From: a virus
Lineage: Duplodnaviria > Caudoviricetes
DNA: 54,684 nucleotides
IMG/VR virus record: IMGVR_UViG_3300010399_000045
Coordinates: 1-54,684 of that record
Reading direction: 5' to 3' (one strand)
The position numbers were made by a program, and so were the translations under genes. The stretch's first letter is position 1, and each line of letters begins with the position of its first letter. A model generated the notes under the pieces. That model did not search any database and was not told the DNA's origin. It worked only from the letters and a program-made list of their open reading frames with translations. Of the stretch, positions 1 through 7,522 are shown piece after piece.

Positions 1-23
1 AACAGGTCCAGCGTGGCGTTGAC

Positions 24-218
24 GTGAAAGAAAAGACCCAGTTCGAGGTGTCGGCCGCCTGGATGAAGTCCTGCGGACTCGGCAGCGAGGCGAAGGTGTT
101 CCCAGTGCTGCGTACGCAGCACTACCCGAAGGCGGCGGACTGGTGTGCGGTGATGGTGATCGTGGAGCGCGACGGCCGCGAGTGGACGGTCGCGCAAGGA
201 CGCGGCAAGTTTATCTGA
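24..218 (+). CDS. Small hypothetical early protein (may start upstream of the window)
   Basis: ORF whose TGA abuts HH1. Confidence 0.6.
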   Translation: MKEKTQFEVSAAWMKSCGLGSEAKVFPVLRTQHYPKAADWCAVMVIVERDGREWTVAQGRGKFI

Positions 219-285
219 GTCGAAACCGGGCCAGGGTGCCCGGTCGCGCAGCACCCGGCCCGCTGCGCCTGATGATGACAGGCCG
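219..285 (+). ncRNA. Type II hammerhead ribozyme HH1 (predicted cleavage after C245)
   Basis: GTC-GAAA-[ccgggc/gcccgg]-TC-[gcgcagc/gctgcgc]-CTGATGA-T-GAC; loop I cggcc pairs with tail ggccg. Confidence 0.92.
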
Positions 286-300
286 ACAGGAGCAGCTGAT

Positions 301-438
301 ATGCTGCGCTTTTTGATTGTCGAGCTGTGCAAGGCGATCCTGACCGTCGTGGTTGCTGCCACCCTGGTCATGTCGTTCGGCGCGTGGCTCGTCGGAGATG
401 AACAGGAGAGACCATATGCCGCGCATGACCGACGCTGA
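301..438 (+). CDS. Small hydrophobic (single TM) hypothetical protein, 45 aa
   Basis: AGGAG RBS after HH1, ATG 301, MLRFLIVELCKAILTVVVAATLVMSFGAWLVG. Confidence 0.55.
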   Translation: MLRFLIVELCKAILTVVVAATLVMSFGAWLVGDEQERPYAAHDRR

Positions 439-626
439 CAAGCAGCGCGCGAAGTCCGAGATGGCGTGCATGTGCCTGACCGCGGTGCGCGACTACCTTG
501 GTTCAACCCGAGGTGCCCATCTCATGGGACCGGGGGCCAAGGCGGAACTCGGCGATCCACAAGACGATCATCGTCACCACCGCCGGTGGCACCTTCAAGG
601 TGGCGGTCAGCGAGTACCCCAACTGA
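416..626 (+). pseudogene. Small early gene with an apparent frameshift near 540-555
   Basis: AGGAG RBS and ATG 416; the +1 frame reads AIHKTIIVTTAGGTFKVAVSEYPN and stops at 624-626, just before HH2 like the other cassettes. Confidence 0.4.
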
Positions 627-630
627 AAGA

Positions 631-699
631 GCCGAAACGCCGCAGGGTGCGGCGTCGGTAGGGAGATGGGCCGACCCTGCCCTGATGATGGCAGGCCCA
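631..699 (+). ncRNA. Type II hammerhead ribozyme HH2 (cleavage after C656)
   Basis: GCC-GAAA-[cgccgca/tgcggcg]-TC-[ggtaggg/ccctgcc]-CTGATGA-T-GGC; loop tgggcc pairs with tail ggccca. Confidence 0.92.
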
Positions 700-715
700 A
701 ACCCGGAGAGAAAAA

Positions 716-916
716 ATGAAGGTCACGATCGATCCGATCGACGTCGACTCGATCACCGTCGAGATCAGTGGTGTGCCACTTCGCCTGTCGATCGACGTGA
801 ACGATTGCCTTCGCATCGAGTCCCAGAAGGACTACCTTGGGGCCGCGGTGCTGGCCAGCAACACGGTCCTGGTGTCGTACCTGTCGCCCCCTCCGAAGAA
901 AAAGGTGCGCAAATGA
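716..916 (+). CDS. Hypothetical protein
   Basis: GGAGAG RBS after HH2. Confidence 0.7.
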   Translation: MKVTIDPIDVDSITVEISGVPLRLSIDVNDCLRIESQKDYLGAAVLASNTVLVSYLSPPPKKKVRK

Positions 917-1362
917 TCACAAAACATCAGGTCAAGGCACTCGAGCGCGAGTTCCCGGAGGGCATCCCCGCATGGATGCTGACGGGCGGCCACAGCGCCG
1001 ACCAGATCCGCGAGCTCATGACGCTGCGGCGTGCCGGCCCCGCCAGATCGGCGGAAGGGCAGGCCCCGGAGCACAACTTCAGTGTCGAACCCGAGCAGTG
1101 GGACGACGCTGTCGTGATGAACGCCGCCTACTTTCAGATCGTCATCGGGCGAAACCCGGTGACGCGCGAGCGGATGCAGTGCAAGGATCTGCCCGAAGCT
1201 GTCAACCTCGCGCGGGTGCTGCTGCACACGGTCGCCGGCCAGAGGCCGATGATCTACGCTGTCACCGCGACCGGCCGCAGCACCATGCTGGTGCCGCAGC
1301 GCTGGGAGCACTACCTCAAACTTTGGGAGAAGCATCATGGGACTGCAAAAGTTTCGGGCTGA
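913..1362 (+). CDS. Hypothetical protein
   Basis: ATGA overlap with previous gene; start MITKHQVK. Confidence 0.7.
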   Translation: MITKHQVKALEREFPEGIPAWMLTGGHSADQIRELMTLRRAGPARSAEGQAPEHNFSVEPEQWDDAVVMNAAYFQIVIGRNPVTRERMQCKDLPEAVNLARVLLHTVAGQRPMIYAVTATGRSTMLVPQRWEHYLKLWEKHHGTAKVSG

Positions 1363-1615
1363 CAAGTTCGACAAGCAGTCGGACGGTGCCGAGATAGGCG
1401 TCTCCGAGTGGCTAGGCGGCCCGACGGTCTCGCTGGTCCGCAACTGCCGCCTCGCCAACCTGGAGGGTAACATGCGTCGCACGGTCTACGCGACAGGCGA
1501 TCCCGACACGTTCTTCTCCATCCCCGCGGTGACCGTGATCGCAGGGTGCCATGTCAACGGGCACCTGACGCTCGACGAGGATTGCCTGACGGTGTTTCGT
1601 CAGTGCTACTACTGA
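1337..1615 (+). CDS. Hypothetical protein
   Basis: GGAG RBS; stop immediately before HH3. Confidence 0.7.
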   Translation: MGLQKFRADKFDKQSDGAEIGVSEWLGGPTVSLVRNCRLANLEGNMRRTVYATGDPDTFFSIPAVTVIAGCHVNGHLTLDEDCLTVFRQCYY

Positions 1616-1617
1616 TC

Positions 1618-1682
1618 GCCGAAACGCCGCGGGTAGCGGCGTCGTGCCGACCTGGTCCACGGCACCTGATGATGGCAGACCA
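1618..1682 (+). ncRNA. Type II hammerhead ribozyme HH3 (cleavage after C1643)
   Basis: GCC-GAAA-[cgccgc/gcggcg]-TC-[gtgccg/cggcac]-CTGATGA-T-GGC; loop tggtc pairs with tail gacca. Confidence 0.92.
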
Positions 1683-1701
1683 AAGATTCAGGAGCAGCCC
1701 A

Positions 1702-1908
1702 ATGGGCAAGCGATACAAGATGCTGAACGGAGAAAAGATGCCGGAGTTTCGCGCGCGCTGCCAGCGGCTCGAGGAGGAGCGGCGGGCGCCACCGCCTCCG
1801 CCGAAGCCCAAGCGGGTGCGCAAGTCCCGTGCCAAGCCGAAGCCCACGCCGATCGCCGACAAGGTCGACGGTTTCGACCGCGACAACCTCGGGTTGTCCC
1901 CCGACTGA
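1702..1908 (+). CDS. Small basic Pro-rich hypothetical protein
   Basis: AGGAG RBS after HH3; stop before HH4. Confidence 0.7.
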   Translation: MGKRYKMLNGEKMPEFRARCQRLEEERRAPPPPPKPKRVRKSRAKPKPTPIADKVDGFDRDNLGLSPD

Positions 1909-1910
1909 TT

Positions 1911-1977
1911 GCCGAAACCCGGACCAGATGTCCGGGTCCGCGCGGCGGTGGTTCCCCGCGCGCTGAAGAGGCAAACC
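1911..1977 (+). ncRNA. Type II hammerhead ribozyme HH4, canonical core without the extra U (cleavage after C1938)
   Basis: GCC-GAAA-[cccggac/gtccggg]-TC-[cgcgcgg/ccgcgcg]-CTGAAGA-GGC; loop ggtt pairs with tail aacc. Confidence 0.93.
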
Positions 1978-1994
1978 CCCGGAGAGATCAAAAG

Positions 1995-2423
1995 ATGATC
2001 AAACATGATGACCACCCGTTCAAGCCGGGCGTGAAGGTCGCGGTGATCAGCGCCTACGGCACCAAGCGCACCTTCCGCGAGGACGAGGTCGCCAAGGTTC
2101 ACAAGACCGGGCGCTTCTCTCTGCAGCAGACGGGTGCGCAGTGGCGCGTGGAGCACGGCACGATCACATACGGCGGGCCGCGTGTCTGGTACGCCGAGCA
2201 ACCGGCCCAGTCTGGTCGCCGCTTCCGCGACCGGGTGCGAGTCCTCGACGAGTCATTCCTCGCCGAGATCGAGGTGGAGAAGGCTGAGGAGGCGCGGCGT
2301 ACGCGCGTGATCGAGGCGGTTCGGACAGCTGAGAAGTTTCTGGGTGGGCGATCGCAGGATCGCCTGACCGACTGGCAGCTCGAGGCACTCGAGACCTTCA
2401 ACAACCTGTGCAAGGAGCACTGA
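1995..2423 (+). CDS. Hypothetical protein
   Basis: GGAGAG RBS after HH4; start MIKHDDHPFKPG. Confidence 0.7.
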   Translation: MIKHDDHPFKPGVKVAVISAYGTKRTFREDEVAKVHKTGRFSLQQTGAQWRVEHGTITYGGPRVWYAEQPAQSGRRFRDRVRVLDESFLAEIEVEKAEEARRTRVIEAVRTAEKFLGGRSQDRLTDWQLEALETFNNLCKEH

Positions 2424-2428
2424 TACAC

Positions 2429-2686
2429 ATGAGCGAGATTATCACCCGAATTGTGGAGCTTGGAAACGCCATGAAAGTTGCCCGGGAACGAAGCGAACTC
2501 GACCGCCTCTACGAGAAGGCGCGTGCCTACGGCGAGATGGTTGTCGACTATGAAGACGACGCCGACCCGGACACGATCTACGACGCGTGGATCCGGGCAG
2601 CGCGCAAGGCGCTCGAGCATGAGCCCGACCGTGCGCTCGCCGAGCAGGCTGCTTCCAAGGTCGCGCAGGCGTTCGCGCAGCCCTGA
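2429..2686 (+). CDS. Hypothetical protein
   Basis: AGGAG RBS; stop before HH5. Confidence 0.65.
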   Translation: MSEIITRIVELGNAMKVARERSELDRLYEKARAYGEMVVDYEDDADPDTIYDAWIRAARKALEHEPDRALAEQAASKVAQAFAQP

Positions 2687-2693
2687 AAGAATC

Positions 2694-2758
2694 GCCGAAA
2701 CCGGGCACCTAGCCCGGTCGTGCGGGGGTGAGCTCCCCGCGCCTGATGATGGCAGCTC
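2694..2758 (+). ncRNA. Type II hammerhead ribozyme HH5 (cleavage after C2719)
   Basis: GCC-GAAA-[ccgggc/gcccgg]-TC-[gtgcgggg/ccccgcgc]-CTGATGA-T-GGC; loop gagct pairs with tail agctc. Confidence 0.92.
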
Positions 2759-2776
2759 TACCTACGGAGAGAACAG

Positions 2777-3766
2777 ATGACCGCAGCTGTAGAGACGATG
2801 GCCTGGACCGGTCAGACACCGTGGCACGGCGAGGGGTTCAAGGTCGACAACAACCTGACGCCCGAGCAGATGGTCGCCGCGGCGAAGATCAACTGGACCG
2901 TGTCCAAGCGCAAGGCCTTCTTCGAGCACGACGGTCAGATGGTACCGGCAAAGGATGAATACGCGCTGGTGCGCGACAGCGACGGCTTCAAGCTGTCGAT
3001 GGTCGGTGCCGGCTACAAACCCGTCCAGAACGCCGACGCCATGGACTTCTTCAAGCGCTTCGTCGACGCCGGTCACATGACGATGGAGACGGCCGGCGCC
3101 CTGTGGAATGGCCGCTACGTGTGGGGCCTCGCGCGGGTCGGCAAGGACTTCAAGCTGGGTAACAAGGACGAGGTGCGCGCGTATCTGCTCCTGTCGTCGC
3201 CGCACGTGCACGGCCGGTCGTTGAATATCCAGTTCACGACCGTGCGTGTCGTGTGCTGGAACACCCTCACGATGGCGCTCGGCGCCAAGCTGGACGGTGG
3301 CAAGGGCAAGGGGTTCCGTGTGCCACACTCGATCGCCTGGAACGATAAGGTGAAGGAGCAGGCGCAGGAGGCCTTCGGGCTCGCCGCGGAGCAGATGGTC
3401 CAATTCAAGGAGGCGGCGACAGTCCTCGTCAAGAAGAAGGCCGCGACGGCCGAGGTCGAGGAGTACTTCTGCGAGGTGATGCGGTACGATCCGAAGGAGA
3501 ACACCCGCAAGAAGAAGGCGGACGGGTCGGAGCGCGAGCCGAGGTCCCTGCCGAAGTTCCGCGCGGCGCTCGAGCACAGCCCCGGCCAGCAGCTGGCGCC
3601 GGCGCTCGGCACCTGGTGGGGCGCCCTGAACGCCGTCACCTTCGTGATCGATCACGAGATCGGTCGCGACCGCACGACGGCCCTGCGCAACGCCTGGATG
3701 GGTCACACCGCAGGCATCAAGCGGCGGGCCCTCGACCTGGCCCTGCAGAAGGCCGTGAAGTCCTGA
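2777..3766 (+). CDS. DUF932-family phage/plasmid protein
   Basis: ETMAW...PWHG, ETAGAL.NGR.VW, VRVVCWNTL and GTWWGALNAVT motifs typical of the family. Confidence 0.85.
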   Translation: MTAAVETMAWTGQTPWHGEGFKVDNNLTPEQMVAAAKINWTVSKRKAFFEHDGQMVPAKDEYALVRDSDGFKLSMVGAGYKPVQNADAMDFFKRFVDAGHMTMETAGALWNGRYVWGLARVGKDFKLGNKDEVRAYLLLSSPHVHGRSLNIQFTTVRVVCWNTLTMALGAKLDGGKGKGFRVPHSIAWNDKVKEQAQEAFGLAAEQMVQFKEAATVLVKKKAATAEVEEYFCEVMRYDPKENTRKKKADGSEREPRSLPKFRAALEHSPGQQLAPALGTWWGALNAVTFVIDHEIGRDRTTALRNAWMGHTAGIKRRALDLALQKAVKS

Positions 3767-3769
3767 ATT

Positions 3770-3842
3770 GCCGAAACCTGCGGGGCCCGACAGCCCCCAG
3801 GTCGTGCCGATCTGGTCCACGGCACCTGATGATGGCAGACCA
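3770..3842 (+). ncRNA. Type II hammerhead ribozyme HH6 (cleavage after C3803)
   Basis: GCC-GAAA-[cctg-c-ggggc/gcccc-cagg]-TC-[gtgccg/cggcac]-CTGATGA-T-GGC; loop tggtc pairs with tail gacca. Confidence 0.92.
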
Positions 3843-3867
3843 AAAAAGTGGAGAGGAAAAGCAGGTC

Positions 3868-4179
3868 ATGGCTGAGATCCACATCACCCTGAACGAGGAT
3901 TCGTACTACAAGTGCCTGACTGACGTCGGTCTTCTAGATCTGATGGCCGTTGCGCACGTCGACCGCGTTGGTGACAACTATCACGTGCGTTTGACCCACA
4001 AGGATCTGGAACAGCTCCTGAAAGGTGAAAAGATCAGCCCAGACGAGTACGCGCACGAATTAGCCTGCCAGCTTGTTCGTCAAAGCCGGCCCAAGAAGAC
4101 GAAAAGTTACCTACTTAGTGCGGCCGTTGTCGTGTGGGCCACGGCGAGCGTACTCCTATTGTTCTTGGCGTATCAATAA
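3868..4179 (+). CDS. Hypothetical protein with C-terminal TM segment
   Basis: ORF between HH6 and HH7; hydrophobic C-terminus. Confidence 0.6.
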   Translation: MAEIHITLNEDSYYKCLTDVGLLDLMAVAHVDRVGDNYHVRLTHKDLEQLLKGEKISPDEYAHELACQLVRQSRPKKTKSYLLSAAVVVWATASVLLLFLAYQ

Positions 4180-4182
4180 ATG

Positions 4183-4255
4183 GCCGAAACCCAGGTCTTC
4201 CAGTGTACCTGGGTCGTCGCGGGCTGGGTACCCGCGGCCTGATGATGGCAACCCA
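4183..4255 (+). ncRNA. Type II hammerhead ribozyme HH7 (cleavage after C4215)
   Basis: GCC-GAAA-[cccaggt/acctggg]-TC-[gtcgcggg/cccgcggc]-CTGATGA-T-GGC; loop tgggt pairs with tail accca. Confidence 0.92.
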
Positions 4256-4271
4256 AACCCGGAGAGAAACG

Positions 4272-5177
4272 ATGTTAAAGAGCTACGAGCAGCGCGCGCA
4301 GGAGTACCTGGGTCGCGACCTCGCGGGCCTCACCGCGTACCTGCAGGGCTGCAGGGTCGACATGCACGAGCCCGACGAGCAGGGTGTCAAGGCAAGTGTA
4401 GTCGGCAGTCACCTGGACAACTCGTTCGGCAATACCGGCACCAACGACGAGCTGGTTGTGCTCCTCGACCGCGACGGCAAGCCACAGGAACGTTTTAACC
4501 TGGCTACACTGATCGCGCTGGCACGGCTCGCCGACCTCGGGTCCTTGATCCCGCGCGAGTATCAGCTGACGCCCCTGCAGATCACGATGCTCCTGCACTA
4601 CCACGCGATCGTTACACCCTACGGCCGCGGCGAGCCGGAGCACGCCAACTCGCCGGCCGTGCGGCAGCAGCGGGAAGCGATGGTGACGATGGGCCTGCTG
4701 TACGCGACCGACGAGTTCCCGTCAGGCTACAGGACGACCGAGGCCGGGCGCCGGCACGTCGAGCGCCTGACGCAGATGAGCCCGGGGCGCGCGTCTGACA
4801 GCACCCCGCTCGACGAGCTGTTCGATGAGCGTGAGCGGCAGCAGAACAACATGATCTTCGCTGCCGCGAATATCAGGGCGCACGCGGAGGCGTTCCGTGA
4901 GGTGACCGACCGCATCGTGAACATCCTCATGACCGGCGGCGGTGGGCACGACGAGGTCATCGACGAGACGGAGGTCATGAACACCGACACCTACGTCGAC
5001 CATGTGCTCATGACCGAGGCGGCTGGCAAGATCGACGAGAAACGCCGGCGTGTCTCCAAGCTCGAGCAGTTGCTGTGTCAGATCGTCGACGCCTACTTTG
5101 GGAAACAGCCTATTCGCGATGCCATCGCTGAGGCACGTGAACTCGTCAAGGACGTGCCACGGGAGGTCAGGTCGTGA
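4272..5177 (+). CDS. Hypothetical, probably multidomain, early protein
   Basis: GGAGAG RBS after HH7; 301 aa ORF. Confidence 0.7.
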   Translation: MLKSYEQRAQEYLGRDLAGLTAYLQGCRVDMHEPDEQGVKASVVGSHLDNSFGNTGTNDELVVLLDRDGKPQERFNLATLIALARLADLGSLIPREYQLTPLQITMLLHYHAIVTPYGRGEPEHANSPAVRQQREAMVTMGLLYATDEFPSGYRTTEAGRRHVERLTQMSPGRASDSTPLDELFDERERQQNNMIFAAANIRAHAEAFREVTDRIVNILMTGGGGHDEVIDETEVMNTDTYVDHVLMTEAAGKIDEKRRRVSKLEQLLCQIVDAYFGKQPIRDAIAEARELVKDVPREVRS

Positions 5178-5373
5178 AGGACGACCTGGTCTGCATCAGG
5201 CCCAGCGCTGGAGGAAACCTCACCTGGGCCAGCAGGGCTGCGTGCATACGCAGCCTGCGCGAGTTCAGCCCGGCCCCGCGGGCTGCGCACCGTGTCGTCC
5301 GGTTCTGGTCGACCCGGTATGGTAAATGGCGGTATTGTCGAGTCCTAGACCCGACTCGGTGCCGCAAACAGAA

Positions 5374-5440
5374 GTCGAAACCGGGCACCTAGCCCGGTCG
5401 TGCGGGGGTGAGCTCCCCGCGCCTGATGATGGCAGCTCAC
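5374..5440 (+). ncRNA. Type II hammerhead ribozyme HH8 (cleavage after C5399)
   Basis: Near-identical to HH5; GTC/GGC stem II; loop gtgagct complementary to tail agctcac. Confidence 0.92.
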
Positions 5441-5464
5441 AGAACATGGAACCCGGAGAGAACC

Positions 5465-6256
5465 ATGCAGGATAACAACAAGATCATCGACAAGATCCGC
5501 AAGGTGCTGGCCCTCACGTCCTCGCCGAACGAGGGTGAGGCGGCGAGCGCGGCAGCACGCGTGCAGGAGATGCTCGCCAAGTACAACCTTCAGCTCGGCG
5601 ACGTCATCGAGAAGAAGGCGGACGAGGCGATCCAGATCTACAAGGGCATGCGCACGCCTTCCCGGCCCTGGTGCCGGCAGATCGCGGTAGCGACCGCCAG
5701 TCTGTACTTCTGCCGCTACTACTACACGTTCGTCAAGGAGGGTGCCGCGCGCAAGTGCGGCTACATCCGCTACGACGAGCACTATTTCGTCGGCCGTCCG
5801 CACAACGCGGCGGTCGCCATGATGATGTTTGAGTACCTGACCAAGACTGTCGAGCGGTTGGCGGTCGCGGGCAGCAAGTCGGTGCCGGCCACCGAGCGGA
5901 CCTCCTACATGACCTCGTTCCGCACAGCCTGCGCCCTGCGCCTGAACGCCCGCATCTACGCCCGGCTCACCGAGACCATCAAGTCGGCGACCCGCAGCAC
6001 CGAGGTCAATGGTAGCGGCGGTGCCCCCAGCAGCAACCTCCCCGCGCTCGCCAGCCTGTACCAGCAGGCGAAGCAGGAACTGCAGGAGTTCATGGATGAG
6101 AACTTCAGCAAGAACAGTATCAAAGAGAAGGTGACCAAGGTCGTCTACAACCACAGCAAAGGTACCCAGGACGGCGACAAGGCCGGTTCCTCGATCGGCC
6201 TCGACCAACAGGTCGGTGCGGGTGGCAAGCCCTCCGCACTGATCGGGAGGACCTGA
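5465..6256 (+). CDS. DUF2786-domain protein
   Basis: KIIDKIRKVLALTSSPNEGEAASAAARVQEMLAKYNL signature. Confidence 0.85.
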   Translation: MQDNNKIIDKIRKVLALTSSPNEGEAASAAARVQEMLAKYNLQLGDVIEKKADEAIQIYKGMRTPSRPWCRQIAVATASLYFCRYYYTFVKEGAARKCGYIRYDEHYFVGRPHNAAVAMMMFEYLTKTVERLAVAGSKSVPATERTSYMTSFRTACALRLNARIYARLTETIKSATRSTEVNGSGGAPSSNLPALASLYQQAKQELQEFMDENFSKNSIKEKVTKVVYNHSKGTQDGDKAGSSIGLDQQVGAGGKPSALIGRT

Positions 6257-6258
6257 TC

Positions 6259-6462
6259 ATGGCTCGAATGATCGTCAGCGAGCGCGAGCGCCTGCTTCAC
6301 GGCGCCGTCCACGACCTCAGCAGCGCATTGCAGCACGTGCTGCGCGCGATCGACCTGTCGCAGGCGAACGGCGACGCGAGTGTCACCGTTCGCCAACCCC
6401 TGATCGAGGCACTCGCGTGCATCGACACAAGCCGCATCGAACTGGAAGGATTCATCGGATAA
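6259..6462 (+). CDS. Hypothetical protein
   Basis: GGAGG RBS; stop before HH9. Confidence 0.65.
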   Translation: MARMIVSERERLLHGAVHDLSSALQHVLRAIDLSQANGDASVTVRQPLIEALACIDTSRIELEGFIG

Positions 6463-6463
6463 A

Positions 6464-6531
6464 GCCGAAACGGCGCGCGTCGTCGCGCCGTCGTGCCGAT
6501 CTGGTCCACGGCACCTGATGATGGCAAACCA
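6464..6531 (+). ncRNA. Type II hammerhead ribozyme HH9 (cleavage after C6492)
   Basis: GCC-GAAA-[cggcgcg/cgcgccg]-TC-[gtgccg/cggcac]-CTGATGA-T-GGC; loop tggt pairs with tail acca. Confidence 0.92.
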
Positions 6532-6549
6532 AACCCGGAGAGAAACCAC

Positions 6550-7011
6550 ATGACCAAAGGTCGCAAGGTCAACCCGAGATATGCAAGCAAGAAGCGGACA
6601 CCCCGCCCGACGAGGGAAGAGTTGAGCCGGCGTCTGCAGGATCTCAGTACAGAACTGCGCATCGTGGAATCTGTGCGCGCCAGTGCCGAGGAGCGTGCAG
6701 GCCGATACTGGGAGGAGATCACGAAGCTGAAGCAGTACCTGGAGGAGGCCCAGGCAGGATCACGACATGCCTATGAGCAGCGCGACGATACGATACGCGA
6801 GCGCAACGAGGCCGAGGCTCGCATGTGGCGCCAGGCAGGAGCGCTGCAGCTGATCTGGGCCGAGTTCGCGCCGTACAACATGCTCGGCGCTGACCCCAAT
6901 CGCCTGAAGAACTCGCTGCGCGTGATCCACGGCATCGCCGAGCAGGCACTCGGCAGACAGAGCCTGGGTTGCGGCCTTTTCGAGGCCGCGCAACTGCGGA
7001 AGACCAACTAG
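6550..7011 (+). CDS. Coiled-coil hypothetical protein
   Basis: GGAGAG RBS after HH9; TAG overlaps the first base of HH10. Confidence 0.7.
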   Translation: MTKGRKVNPRYASKKRTPRPTREELSRRLQDLSTELRIVESVRASAEERAGRYWEEITKLKQYLEEAQAGSRHAYEQRDDTIRERNEAEARMWRQAGALQLIWAEFAPYNMLGADPNRLKNSLRVIHGIAEQALGRQSLGCGLFEAAQLRKTN

Positions 7012-7077
7012 CCGAAACCGGGCGCCCTTCGCCCGGTCGCGCGGACCTGACCCGCCGCGCCTGATGATGGCAGGTCG
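7011..7077 (+). ncRNA. Type II hammerhead ribozyme HH10 (cleavage after C7038)
   Basis: GCC-GAAA-[ccgggcg/cgcccgg]-TC-[gcgcgg/ccgcgc]-CTGATGA-T-GGC; loop gacc pairs with tail ggtc. Confidence 0.92.
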
Positions 7078-7103
7078 AAACAAAATTCCCCGGAGAGAAA
7101 GAT

Positions 7104-7289
7104 ATGATCACCGAAAACAAGCTGAAACGCGTACCGCGCATCTACCGCTGGATTGAGGGCTACGCCACTCTCATGGTCGGTGGTGGTGGTGTCATGATGC
7201 TGCTCCAGCAGCCCCTTTGGGCGATCGCCTTCTTCACTGGCGCGATCGCTCTAAAGCTGGACCTGCGCGACACAAGGGAGGGTTACTGA
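7104..7289 (+). CDS. Small membrane protein
   Basis: RBS after HH10; two hydrophobic stretches. Confidence 0.65.
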   Translation: MITENKLKRVPRIYRWIEGYATLMVGGGGVMMLLQQPLWAIAFFTGAIALKLDLRDTREGY

Positions 7290-7519
7290 TGGTACGGGAA
7301 AAGGAGGTCGTAAATCTCGAGTGCCTCGACCGCGACGACCTGTCGGATTACATCCGCAAGCACCAGGACGATCCGGCCTACAGCTACCAGGTGTCGATCG
7401 CGCAAACCATCCGTGAGGCCCAGGCGGCGCAGTTGACAGGGCAGATCTCCCGCGCCCTCACCCTCGAGAAGCATGCGGACGCGCTCTACAAGCTCCTGCC
7501 GCAGGAGGAGCGCTGGTGA
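7289..7519 (+). CDS. Hypothetical protein
   Basis: TGATG coupling, GGAGG RBS; stop before HH11. Confidence 0.65.
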   Translation: MVREKEVVNLECLDRDDLSDYIRKHQDDPAYSYQVSIAQTIREAQAAQLTGQISRALTLEKHADALYKLLPQEERW

Positions 7520-7522
7520 GAA

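Larger units (their letters stand above)
2696..5438 (+). repeat. 63-bp exact direct repeat pair (2696-2758 and 5376-5438; HH5 and HH8)
   Basis: cgaaaccgggcacctagcccggtcgtgcgggggtgagctccccgcgcctgatgatggcagctc occurs twice. Confidence 0.9.

Noticed and set aside
5174-5392. 72-aa ORF as a real gene
   Set aside because: Runs into HH8 and overlies multiple hairpins; treated as doubtful, not excluded
466-6549. ORF-track N-terminal extensions through the ribozymes (466, 1546, 1644, 3616, 4134, 5408, 6493 starts)
   Set aside because: Better ATG starts with Shine-Dalgarno sequences lie downstream; the recurring LMMA peptide is just the translated ribozyme core
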